From Gordius albopunctatus (taxonomy: Eukaryota), in the NCBI GenBank assembly GCA_964276515.1, contig OZ193909.1:6076001-6140000 (forward strand): a stretch of 64,000 bases of DNA, given 5' to 3'. Positions 15,001 to 26,539 of the stretch are shown piece by piece. The notes under the pieces were generated by a model. That model saw nothing but the letters and a program-made list of their open reading frames with translations, ran no database searches and had not been told where the DNA came from. The position numbers were made by a program, and so were the translations under genes. Position 1 is the first letter of the stretch. Each line of letters opens with the position of its first letter.

Positions 15001-18000
15001 ACATTCATTATGTCAATAATAGCAAAGAAATGAGTTTAAAGGCTCACTTTTAATTTATGGGTCGGGTCGGCGCCGTATTCCAGCAGGAGCTCCACGATGA
15101 TAATGTGACCGGCGTAGGCCGCTAGGGAGAGGGCAGTGTGTTCGTTGTTGGTGGTGGTTTTGTTTGGGTTAGCTCCGTTTTCTACCAGCAACTTCACTAC
15201 GGCCGCGTGCCCGTTACGGGCCGCTTTGATCAGGGGTGTCTTGCCTCCCTCGCTCTCGTGGTCCTGTACAAAGGGAAATAAATGAAATGCTAGCGTGCTT
15301 AAATGAACGACTACAACCATGTCCAAGAATTATTTTCAATGGTTCAATTGAAAAAATTTGGAAAATGTTTGTTGAATTAGTGACTAATAAGAAGTCCATT
15401 GGTTATTGAGAAAAGTTTTTAAACCAACCCTTGAAAGGTAAAGTCCTATCTGAATAACTTATATTAAGGGACATGAAAAAATCGCAATTTTAAGAAGGTG
15501 AGATTAAGGAAAAAGCTTCGAAGAAAAAGTGTCAGCAAAAATCAAGCAGTTAGCAGCTATCCTAACTCAGCGATGTTACATATAACAAATACATTTCAAA
15601 AATTGGACGTTGTTAGGTAAGTAAAAGTATAAAACAACATATTGGTTTGCCACTCTAAAGGGGCAAAGCAATAAAATGCGAGGCTTCTCACTATTTCGGC
15701 TCCGTAGTGAAGCAACAAGACAACGATGTCTGTATGACCATTCTCGGCGGCAAAAGTGAGGGCCGTGTTACCAGGGCCAGTTTGGGCGTGCGGGTTCGCA
15801 CCTGTATATAAGCAGCAGCATGTATATATTTCACAGTAAGCGCAATGCAATCCTATGTATTATATACGATATAAACAGTGTGAGGGATGCGCCGAGTGAG
15901 AGCGATCAAAAATCAATATAATCCATCGAGTATGTAAATGCTTATACTAGCAGCATAGTTTAAAATAAAGTCCCGCAGAGAAGATTTAGCAAAAAATTTA
16001 AAAATTAATGTAAATTACAAAGAAGTAGAAATCCTTTCCTGACATCTAAGTGTATATAAATTAAAGCAGGGCATACGCGAAATAGTATTTAATAAAGCAA
16101 TGTAAAATTCGACGAAAAAGGCTCAACACTAATAAATTTATCATCGATTACTTAACACCACCCATTCACTAACTACTGAAGATTCATTAAAACGTTAACA
16201 CTTATTTCTCCTGTACCAGTGCATGGCTTCTCGAAGTGATAATAAAAACAATATGTGGGCTTGGCTTGAAGGCATTTTAACACACATTTAGAACAGAGGA
16301 AAACTGAGAATAATGTATATGTCTTTTTATTAATTTTGGAGCTCACAAGCGAAGGCAAATTGCTTAGAGCTAAGTTAGGGATGGGATCAAAAAATAGCTT
16401 GGAGGGGTTGGAGTCTAATTTATCTTTCATAATTTTAATGTCAAAAAAAAAACAATAGGTGCAATGTTGTTTATATTCAGGAGTGGATTTGAGCTCTTTC
16501 GATGAATTTGAAACAGGCCTAGTGAGATAATATAATATGGGATTTGCAGCATTTTGGAAGGGATATAAAGAAGTTTGATGCAAAAAATGAGGGGCAAAGC
16601 GTGTTACTTACCAGCGAGGAGTAGGTAGTGAACCAAATCTAGGTGGCCTTCCTGAGAGGCTTCCATGAGAGGCGTGTTGCAACCGAGTTCAATGTCGGCC
16701 CCCGTTTTGATCAAAAGGTCGGCCACTTGCAAAAAGCCGCCGTAGCAGGCGAGGGTCAAGGCGGTTTCTTGCGTTTCTTCCGTTTGCGCATTTACGTTGG
16801 ATCCTGTAGATAGTAGTAAGCATAAAAAATTAAATGTTGAAAAGTAAATAAATTATTTGCTTTTAGTCTTATACAAAAATTCGAGTTTTTTAAAGGTTTG
16901 TGAACTAATATTTAAAACTCATCAAAAACCCAGGAGGCATATTAAAACAGTATATATATCGGATGTTTAATGTGGAGGCTAAACATTTTTTAAAATAAAA
17001 TTCTTATATAAAAAAATTGTTGTTTTATAAGGCAACGGTAGTGTAAAATGTTAAAGTATGTGTGGCACATTTAATGACTAAGTTGACAGACTAACTTAGA
17101 TTTTATTGTTCTCTAATATTTTTAACTCATCTAAAAAGGAAATTTACCAAATATGAGGCATATCATAACTGTAAACAAAAAATGTTAAATTAAAATGATA
17201 ATAAAATTTTTTTTGCAGTGTCAAAAAAAATTTCTACTATAAAATTGTTGCTTGTTCATTAATGAGGCAAAAGTGGTGTAAAATGTTCAGGCATCCAAGG
17301 AGGCACTTTAAATGACTAAGTTGGCAGCCTAACTGCTTTAAAAAAGCTTGGTTTGTAATTGTTATTCTTCGTAATTATAATTAAAACTTACCATGACTAA
17401 GGAGGAGAGATACAACATCTTTGTGTCCCTCTCTTGCAGCTTCCATGAGGGGGGTGTAGCCTTCATCATTAATTTCTTCCAGGTTAGCACCACGTTCAAT
17501 AAGCAAATTAGATAATTCTACATGCCCTCCGCAAGCAGCTAGTGTTAGGGGAGATTCAAAACTATCGGGTGGCATGTTGACCTAGCAAGATCAAGTAAAA
17601 TTATTATAAGGATCATTGATTTAAAGGCTAATAAATTGGATTTTTTCAATTAGTATAAATATGAAGAATATCAAGGACTTTAAAAGAAATAGTAATTGTA
17701 TTACTTGGGCTCCATGGTCAAGTAGTAGCTTGGCAACCTCCAGATGACCATCCATAGAAGCTTCCATAAGGGCTGTGTGCATCTCCTCAGTTTTGTGTTC
17801 ATGATCAGCTCCGGCTTCTAGAAGAAATCTCACCATCTCAAGATTTCCTATAAACAAATTTATGTATATACATAATGTGGATGAGATTTTTATGGACATG
17901 AAAATCATAGTTATCAAATAAAAATATTACTCATAAAAGTAAAAATGTCATTTATCAGATAGTTTATGAATAAAAGTTAAATATAAATGCAAATTATTTA

Positions 18001-19290
18001 TATTCTTAAGCAATAAATATACCTTTATAGCAGGCTAGGGTTAGTGCACTCTCTTTGAATTCATTGGAATGAGCATTTATGCTAGCACGACCTTCTGTTA
18101 CCAAAATCCTGGCTGTTTCAACATGTCCTCCTGTAGCAGCTTCCATCAAGGCAGTATGACCATTTTCATTTTGATGTTCAACTTCGGCTCCATACTTTAG
18201 TAATAATCTTGCTACTTCTGTATGGCCACCAATACAGGAATATGTCAATGCAGTATTGCCTAAAAAATCAGTTTAATAATTTTATTTAATAATAGTACCT
18301 GAAAGAGACTGTGCCTTAGGGTCAGCTCCATGTTCTAAGAGTAGTTTAACAATTTCATAATATCCACCACTAGCAGCTTCCATCAAAGGAGTAGTATCAC
18401 CTTTAATTCCACGTTCTTCAATGCTTGTATTCATGGCTAATAAAACCTAGAAGCACAAAAAATTTTCCCAAATTTAAAAAAATTATAATACTTGAACTAA
18501 TTCATAATATCCTGAGGAGCAGGCTAAAGATAGTAAACTTTCTCCCTCTTCCAAGGATTCAAGGGCTCTTTGATGTAAAGCATCAAGATTAGCTTGACTA
18601 TAAGATATATATTATCATTACTATTATAAATATTACTCGTCAGGTGTTTGAACTCCTTTTGATGTACCAGATTTAATTCTTGTTAAGGTTAGAGCAGCAA
18701 CTGCCTCTTCTAGAGCACAATTTACTGAGGAAGTTAACTGTCGTAAAATTTCAGGATCTGCACCTTTTCCATCATCTGGTGAAAGGTGCTTTAATCCTTT
18801 TAAAACAAAAATGAATATAATATTCGAAAATTTAGTATGACAAAATCATATTAGCAATCATTCATACCTGCTTCTTCAAAGAGCTGAGCTAGCTTAATTT
18901 GAGCTTCGGGGCCCAAGAAATTTAGATTACAGTGAGAATTATTGACACAATCTATTTGGGACGATATAAGATATGTGGAATTAGTCCTAGGATCATTCAT
19001 TAGTGATTGATTTCTAAATTCATCCTTATCCAACAAGAATGAGCTTATCTAAACAATGCAAGAATGTATAGTAAGAATTAAGGTTGTTTAATTTATACAT
19101 TTATAAAATTGACATTTACTTCAGAGGATTCATCATCACTTTCTGATTCATGCATATTATCTAAGACTTGTTTAGCTGATTTTAAATTTTTAATTTTAAT
19201 GCTTGAATATTGATTAATTTGGGTTTGTTCATGTGAGTTGGCACTTTCATTTACAATCTTATTCGATTTCGAATCTTTACTCTGGGGCAT
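10..19290 (-). CDS. mask: MASK / ANKHD1-ANKRD17 family multiple ankyrin repeats single KH domain protein; 32 exons, ~3806 aa
   Basis: Hand-spliced GT-AG exons: 19290-19120, 19048-18868, 18796-18637, 18597-18492, 18446-18299, 18259-18023, 17847-17705, 17581-17392, 16803-16612, 15801-15692, 15263-15048, 14926-14771, 14409-14151, 13783-13595, 13205-11694, 11424-10688, 10188-9825, 9431-9143, 8805-8592, 8389-8214, 7978-7917, 7497-7301, 6968-6610, 6489-6425, 6338-6061, 5679-4607, 4371-4114, 3790-2109, 1959-1810, 1712-534, 422-97, 51-10. They total 11421 nt and stay in frame. Family motifs: DPEILRQLTSSVNCALEEA, EEGESLLSLACSSGYYEL, MPPDSFESPLTLAACGGH, KLGISPLMLAAMNGH, PVPSSRDTALTIAADKGH, AKDRQAAEANKNA, KH domain WKEVVRK..VIGRGGQNINAIR, and PAPIGNER. 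The first and last exons are the least certain. Confidence 0.93.
5713..5829. mobile_element. Small MITE with TAGTGTTG(T/C)AAAAAC terminal inverted repeats, in a mask intron
   Basis: Left end TAGTGTTGTAAAAAC, right end GTTTTTGCAACACTA. The interior (cgactaag, tgtttagtcgaccaaa) is shared with the copy at 10366-10559. No clean TSD. Confidence 0.65.
7030..7270 (-). mobile_element. Non-autonomous relative of the hAT element at 23585-24878, in a mask intron
   Basis: Ends in TGCAGGGCTCTA (7259-7270), identical to the TIR of the hAT at 23585/24878. The left part tgcaaaatggaatttt and GCCCGA motifs match the other subterminal region. Confidence 0.6.
10366..10559. mobile_element. MITE, same family as 5713-5829
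   Basis: TIRs TAGTGTTGTAAAAACGG / CCGTTTTTATAACACTA. Confidence 0.7.
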
Positions 19291-20296
19291 AATAAACACT
19301 CTATGCGCAATGCTTTATATTATACGAGGACATTAAAGACTATTTGATAAAAATGATATAATAGACGCCATATATAGGTAAACCGGAATTTGCTGATGAC
19401 TCATTTTCAATCCCAAAGGAAGATTTTTAAATAATTGAACTTGTTTATCCGACCTTAAAAAGACTTTTAAAATGTAAACCCTTTAAATATTTGACTTAAT
19501 TAAACTTTAGGTTAATCTAAAAGTGTTATAGGTCTACCGAATTTTAATTACTTAATGGTTTTAAAAGAATATTTTTTAATTTATATTACTGATGTGACTT
19601 TAGTTCATATAAACATTTCAAATCTTTTTCCAGCTAACACTTTATAGAATCTTTGTTTAAGACCTAAAATTCTAAAATAATTCCTAATATATTAAATAAT
19701 TATTATAATTAAGTCAAAAAACTTTTAAGTCACTTTACTAAATTTGGGAAAAGTTTTATAAACAAAGGAATCAATTTGAGATAGTTCTTAATAATTATGC
19801 TCACTCCTGACGTGCCAAAATCCCTAATTGCTACTCATATTATGTTTAACACAACAAAATGGGCAGGTTTAAATTATAAAATATAATATATTATACGTTA
19901 GTCGGGAAGATATTTATTATATAGTTTAACTTGAATCAAATTTATTTATTCCTATAGTCGTCTTAATTATATTTTTGACGTAGATTTAAGATTTTTAATA
20001 TCCACAAAATATTTTATGAGCAGAGAAGACTGAACTTAAAAAGTAACACCTTACTTGCTTCAAATAATTCACTCAGCAGCTATCGCTACATATTTTTAAT
20101 AATAACGTGTAAGGTTCAAAATTTTAAGAATTCCTGACAAATATTGTTAATTATTACAAAGCTTTAAAGTTATCACTAGAACATATTTTCTTCCACAAAG
20201 AGAAATGTAATTTGATGACATGTTCTTGAAATACTCTTATTTCGAAGATATAATTACGTTTTATATATTATAGTTATAATATTCACTTGCACGTAA

Positions 20297-20348
20297 AACA
20301 CTGCCTACGACGGTCCCAAGTCCGTGTGCAAAAAGTGGAGGGTTGGCG
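20297..20348 (+). ncRNA. Twister ribozyme, 3' cleavage product (lacks the 5' strand of P1), at the 5' end of an RTE element
   Basis: Sequence AA CACU GCC UACG ACGG UCCCAAGU CCGU GUGCAAAA AGUG GAGGG UUGGCG. P2 is CACU/AGUG, P4 is ACGG/CCGU, L4 is UCCCAAGU and L1 3' side is GAGGG. It closely parallels the Oryza sativa twister core as I recall it (AACACUGCCAAUGCCGGUCCCAAGCCCGGAUAAAAGUGGAGGG). Confidence 0.8.
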
Positions 20349-23300
20349 TCAGGTCGGAAACCGGCTATAAAAATCAACTCCAAAATTTATGATAGTTTCA
20401 AACGAGATTTTACAAGAAAAGGCTAGGGCGTCCTCCACAAACGACGCGCACTGCATACCCCGCCCGTACAATGTGAAAAATACACTAGGGTTACTGCCTA
20501 ACTCACAACGAAGGCGGTTAAGGAAACTAGTTGTGTGCTGGAATGTGGGAACGTTGACGGGGAAGAGCATCGAGGTCGCACAGATGTTAAAAAAAAGAAA
20601 GGTACACATCGCCTGCCTACAAGAGACGAGGTGGGACGGAACGAAAGCTCGGGAATTAGGAGAAGGATACAAGCTTTTCTACAGTGGGTCACTAAATCGT
20701 AGAAACGGGGTCGGTATCGTTCTAAGCGAATCGTTCAACGACAAGGTGGTGGAAGTCAAGCGTTGTTCCGACAGGCTAATGTGGGTGAAGATTGCGGATC
20801 AAGGGGGCCTCCTAACCGTTATGTGCGCGTATGCTCCCCAAAGTGGGTGTTCGGAATCAGAGAAAGACATATTCTTCGATTCATTGGAAAAGGAAATACA
20901 AGGAATCTGACAGGAAGAAAGGCTAATTATTGGGGTCGATTTCAACGCTGACGTAGGGAAAGATCGCCTCGGGTATGAACGCAATCATGGAGGCTATGGG
21001 CATGGTCTGAAGAACAAAGAAGGTAAAAAACTTCTCCAAGTATCCCAAGCATATGACATGGCGATCGTTAACACCTATTTTCAAAAGCGCGAAGATCATA
21101 TTGTGACCTATAGAAGTGGGAAGCATTTTAGTCAAATCGACTATTTGCTTATACGGCGAAAGGACTTATGGAGTATCAAGGATTGCAAAGTAATACCGGG
21201 AGAAGAAATCGCCAGGCAACATCGTCCCCTTGCTATGGATCTTGACAGAAGAGTATTTCCAGGAAGAGGAAAGGTATATGAACCTCGAATTCGATACGAA
21301 AGGCTAAAGGATACGTCGACGAACGAAAAATACCATCAAAATGCCTCCTCACTCTTGGGTGCAAGGAAGTTGCAAAGGGATGTAGACGACGATTGGGAGA
21401 CGCTATCTAAGGACATTAAGGAAACAGCGATTCATGTTCTAGGACAGACCAAAGGAGGCAAAGCTATGAATAGGGAACTATGGTGGTGGGATCAATCGGT
21501 TAAAGATTTCATAGAAATAAAGAAGAATCTATATAGACGGTGGCATAAATCAAAAAAGTCGGAGGATTATCAAGAGTACAGGGACGCAAAGAGGGCCGCA
21601 AAAAAGGCCGTTGCAAAAGCGAAGAATGCTGCGTACACCGAGATGGCAAACAAACTGGATCATAAAGGGGGCGATAGGCTTATGTACAAATTGGCCAAGA
21701 TAAAGGAGAAGAAAAGTCGAGATGTCGGAGTTCTTAAAATAGTCAAAAGCGAGAAGGGTCAAACCTTATTCAAGCCGAAGGAAGTGATGGAAAGGTGGAA
21801 AGGATATTTTAAGAAACTTATGAATATTGCAAATGACAAGGATTCCCTTCCCGAAATTAAGCCAAATATAAGTATGGTCAAACTCTTTCAGAGGGATGAA
21901 GTTAGGACACAAATGAAGAAGATGCAAAAAGGAAAAGCAAATAGCCCAGATGGAATACCTATGGAAGCATTGCTCGGATGTCGTGAAGAAGGAGTCACCA
22001 CCATGACGAACCTCCTTAACAAGATATTGGTAAAAGAGCGAATCCCTAATCAATGGAGAGCAAGCACGATTATACCCTTATTCAAAGGCAAAGGAGACCC
22101 TCAGGACTGCGGCAATTACAGAGGTATCAAGCTAACTTGCCACTCCTTGAAGCTTATGGAAAGAATCTTAGTAACAAGGCTGAAAAACGAGGTGGAAATA
22201 TCGGCTAATCAATTCGGATTCGTGGCCGGCAAATCCACAATCGACCCAATCTTCGCCCTAAGACAAATGATGGATAAGTATGGTGAAAAGAGGAAAGACC
22301 TACATATGGTTTTTATCAACTTGGAGAAAGCTTATGACACGGTCCCCGCGATTTAATATGGTGGTGCCTGAGTAAACAAAATATCCCTGACGCATATATA
22401 CGGCTTATGAAAAATATCTATGAAGCCTCAAACTCTTGCGTTAGGACGACGGTTGGAGACTCTAAACCTTTTCGGGTTAATATTGGATTACATAAAGGCT
22501 CTGCTTTAAGTCCCTTTTTATTTAATATAATTATAGACACGAGAACGAGGGACTTTCAAAGGCCATCGCCATGGTGCATGCTATATGCCGATGATATAGT
22601 AATATGCGAGGAAACAAGGGAGAAGGTATTCGAAGAAGCAGAAAAGTGGTCAAAGCGCTTAGCTGGATACGGTTTAAAGGTCAACGATCGAAAAACGGTA
22701 TACATGGAAATGAACGGTACAAGCACCCCATCGCTGGATGACCACCTAAAGTACCTAAAAGTAGACAGGTTTACTTACCTCGGCTCTATGCTACATCAAG
22801 AGGGAGGTTGCGCAACTGAAATCAATGCCCGGATTCAAAAAGGATGGCTTAAATGGCGAAGTATATCCGGTGTAATGTGCGATAAGAAAATGCCAATATG
22901 GTTGAAGAGCAAAGCTTACAAATCCATCGTAAGACCGGTGTTACTCTATGGAAGTGAAACATGGGCATTAAACACCACGGAAGGAAAGCTATTACAAGCC
23001 ACGGAGATGAGAATGATACGGTGGAGCTTGGGGTATACTAAGCTCGACCATATGACGAATGACTTTCTCATGACAAAAATGGGTATTCAACCTATGGCGG
23101 ACATGATTAACGAACATCGGCTAAGGTGGTATGGCCATATACTAAGAAGGGACACGGATGACGTAAATCGAAAAGTGCTAGACATAGAAATACCGGGGAA
23201 GAGAGGAAGAGGACGACCACATGTCACGTGGAAAGGGCAAGTCGATAAAGTTATGGAAACTAAAGAGATTAGTCAAAACATGGCACTAACCCGGTCAAGA

Positions 23301-23368
23301 TGAAAAAGACTCATCAAGACAAACCCCACCAATGTGGGACCAAATAATTGATTAAGAAGAAGAAGAAA
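20298..23368 (+). mobile_element. Full-length RTE-clade non-LTR retrotransposon (decayed)
   Basis: TSD ATTCACTTGCACGTAAA at 20281-20297 and 23369-23385. (GAA)n 3' tail. Single APE-endonuclease + RT reading frame. Confidence 0.93.
20389..23303 (+). pseudogene. Disrupted RTE ORF (AP endonuclease + reverse transcriptase)
   Basis: EN motifs WNVGTL, LQETRW, YAPQ, DFNA, SQIDY. RT motifs YRGIKL, QFGF, LEKAYD, GSALSP, YADD, FTYLGS. C-terminal RLRWYGH and RGRGRP. In-frame TGA at 20908-20910 and a 1-nt frameshift near 22345. Confidence 0.9.
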
Positions 23369-23584
23369 ATTCACTTGCACGTAAATTCTTTTTATCGGAA
23401 AAATTTATGTTTGCAATTGGCCATGTACTCGAGGGCGCTCAACCATGGCAAATTGTCCCTAAAATTATAATAATCACAAACTATTTATTTTTATGTTTAT
23501 TAATGAATTGTGGGTTTTATTTGTAGCAGTATATATGTAAGTTGTTATGCTTAGGCGGAAGATCAGGTGTTGCTGTGTAGTATA

Positions 23585-24878
23585 TAGAGCCCTGCACGGG
23601 CCGTCCAAGGCCCGGCCCGAAATTTTAAAACATTGATCGGGCCTCGGGCTTGAATCGGGCCTGATGGGCCAGCCCGACCCGTGGCCCGAGCCCGAAAAAA
23701 AATTTGAATAAATATTAATCCAAAATATAATTACAATACAAAATAATCCCCCTACAAATAAATATTTAGAATTTTACTACCCCCCATATATTAATTTGTT
23801 TGATTTTAAGTTTTTGATTTAGACGCGTTGCGTGTTTTTAAACCCTAATACAACCAATATAATAATATATCGGCTGTTTTGCCACCAGGGGTGATTCGCC
23901 AATTATAGAGAATATCGATATAGAAATTGTTAAAAGCCTAATAAATTTTCTGAAGCCATTTAAAACGGCTAGTGATGAATTGGAGGCTGATGCAAAGCCG
24001 ACCATTAACATGGTACTCTTATGCTATTACAGACTAATCGAATGTTTGAAAAAACCCTTTTTTAGCGAAGAGTTTAACACTTTGGCCAAAAAGGCCCTTT
24101 CGTTTTTAAATTCAAAATTTGAACTTGATATTATTCATAAATTATCCGCATTATTAAATCCAAAGTATCGAAATTTAATAATGCTGCCTCACTATGAATT
24201 TGATGACATTTGTCATCATATACGAAATTTAATAATTATGGAGGAAGGGATTAAGGCTAATCCTCCGGTTAATACAGTTACGCCTAGTATAGCCGTCGAG
24301 CATGGTTATTTTTTAATTTGCATTAAGCACTTATTATTTTTCTAGATAATGTAATGGAGGTAGAATTTTTAGATTTTAGTAGTTGGGAAGAGCCCAGAAT
24401 AGATAACGAAGCTGAGGAAGATGATTTACATAAATATTTAAATACGAATTATATTGATGGTATGGAAGTTTTGGAATTGTGGAAGATGCATCAGAGTGAA
24501 TTTTCTTGTTTGAGCAATTTGGCTAGAAAGTATTTGGCAATACCTGCTACATCAGCTAGCAGTGAGCGGGCGAGCTTACGAAGAGAGAAGGACTTCGTTA
24601 AAACCCGATAAATTAGACTCCACTTTATTTATTTACCATAATTATTCATATTTTAAATCACATAATATTCGCGATACGTAATATATTTATAAATAAATTT
24701 TTGAAATAAAATTGGTACAAATTTACATTTTTACAAAAGTCGGGCCGGGCTCGGGCTCGGGTCGGGTCTGAGTGAAAAAAACAAATCGGGCTCGGGTCGG
24801 CCTTGGACAACTAAATAAAAAAAGGTTTCGGGCTCGGGTCGGGCTCGGGACGATAAAATTCAATTTTGCAGGGCTCTA
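23585..24878 (+). mobile_element. Internally deleted hAT DNA transposon retaining the transposase C-terminus
   Basis: Perfect 12-bp TIRs TAGAGCCCTGCA (23585-23596) / TGCAGGGCTCTA (24867-24878). GCCCGA/TCGGGC subterminal repeats. Reading-frame remnants FLKPFKTASDELEAD..PTINMV, LLNPKYR and hAT dimerization motif WK..QSEFSCLSNLARKYLAIPATSASSER. A 6-bp AGTATA direct repeat flanks the element. Confidence 0.88.
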
Positions 24879-25253
24879 AGTATACATGTGAAGTGAAAAA
24901 GAGTAAAAAAAGCAAGGTGTTGTGTCTACGTATTCCAAATGGAAATGAAAAGGATCGGTAAAGTGAATAATTAAGAAGGAAATCATGTGAGGCAATCAGA
25001 AAAGGTGAGGACGCTGTATCATTACAGATCTTGGAAACTGTAGACTTATGGTAAACAAAGCTTTAACAGATAATGACTAAAAAGGAGGCTAGAACTAGGA
25101 GGACGACATAGCTAAAGAAGTGAGAACAAAAGAATTATAAACAAATAACAATAGCAACTGCACATCAGCGTGACGTTGATCAAATAGATGGATTAATTTC
25201 TTACATATAACACATTTTATTCTATGGTCATATTTTTCTGGCATATAATATAT

Positions 25254-25407
25254 GGTAGCCCGTCAAATTGCCGAAAACAATCTCGCCGAATTCACCTGGG
25301 ACATTTTGTGATTGGTTGAATGGGGGACGATTTTAAATTAGGGGACCTTTTTTAACCGGGGGGCATTAAATTCGACAAGATGGTTTTCGGCAAGTTGATA
25401 GGGCACC
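25254..25407. mobile_element. MITE copy 1
   Basis: Imperfect TIRs ggtagcccgtcaaattgccgaaaac / gttttcggcaagttgatagggcacc. Inverted homolog at 25643-25820. Confidence 0.7.
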
Positions 25408-25642
25408 ATTATATATGCTTGATAATAAAGTTGATTCGACATGTGAGTTCGTCTTCTTGCAAATAAACTTTTTATTTTGAAAAAAATATATATTGAAGTA
25501 CTTAGTTATACATACTTTGGAGTACGGACGTATATTTATATTGGAGTAACATGAATTTATTACATATGGACGTAACAGTATGAACTTAGTTATTGAATGT
25601 CAAGCATTAAAGCTTAGAAAGAATAGGTTTGTATATTAATAG

Positions 25643-25820
25643 GGTGCCCTATCCTATCACCTCGACGAAAATCATCTCGCCGAATTTAATGTCCCCCGGT
25701 TAGAAAAGGTCCCTAATTTAAAATCGTCCCCCATTCAACCAATTACAAAATGGGGGACCTTTTTTTAACCGGGGGACATTAAATTCGGCGAGATGTTTTT
25801 CGACGAGTTGACGGATTACC
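25643..25820. mobile_element. MITE copy 2, inverted relative to copy 1
   Basis: Long internal inverted arms catctcgccgaatttaatgtcccccggtta / taaccgggggacattaaattcggcgagatg. The middle is the reverse complement of copy 1. Confidence 0.7.
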
Positions 25821-26539
25821 ATATTAATAGTATCCTTCAAATCTCGCTAGAGGCGGCGCCTCTAAATCTTATCTGTTTTTTATGAGAAATGAAACCTAGT
25901 CTCTTTTATACTTAGTATAGCAGTTTGATTTGCTATGCAAACTTGGACAAAACATCACATTTTTTCCTATGGAGTTGATAAGTAGTGTTTGATATTATTC
26001 TATAAATGGTATCTTATACTGGTTAACGTACCACACGTATGAATTATAATAGTCCTCGTTTCATAACATAATCTATACCATTATTGCTAATTTTGGTGAG
26101 CAGTGTCTGACATCATTTCTTTCTAGGATGTCTTATATTAAATGCAACGTGACAGGTATAAGAATTACATATCAATAAGAGTGGTCGATAACACGGATGG
26201 GACACGACACGAGAGTTTTTCTCAGGGGGTCGGGGCTGGTGTAAGAGTTGTATAGCAATTAAAAAGAGAGTAGCGCGCTTTAGCTTCAGAAACATCTTTC
26301 TAGTAATAGAATTTCTAAATTATTAAATGGGATTGGTTTATGCGCAAAACATGTGAGCCTTGCAACATTTTATGAATTTAAACCAGTCGTTCTTAAACAT
26401 TTTCAGCCATCGTCCACTAATGATAAAGTACGTCCTAACGCCTTCTTTTACAAATTATATATTTTTAAAGCAACAAAGGATAACAAAAATTTGACAAGAA
26501 TAAATGCGCAAATTATTACCATTAACAAAATTAAATTTT

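Noticed and set aside
16173..16583. 136-aa minus-strand ORF in a mask intron
   Set aside because: No recognisable motif, and the flanking ankyrin exons join in frame without it.
17025..17340. Degenerate ~70-bp direct repeat in a mask intron
   Set aside because: Looks like an old local duplication with no TIR, TSD or structure.
20905..20915. In-frame TGA in the RTE ORF as programmed readthrough or selenocysteine
   Set aside because: The same copy has a frameshift and catalytic-site substitutions; simple decay is more parsimonious.
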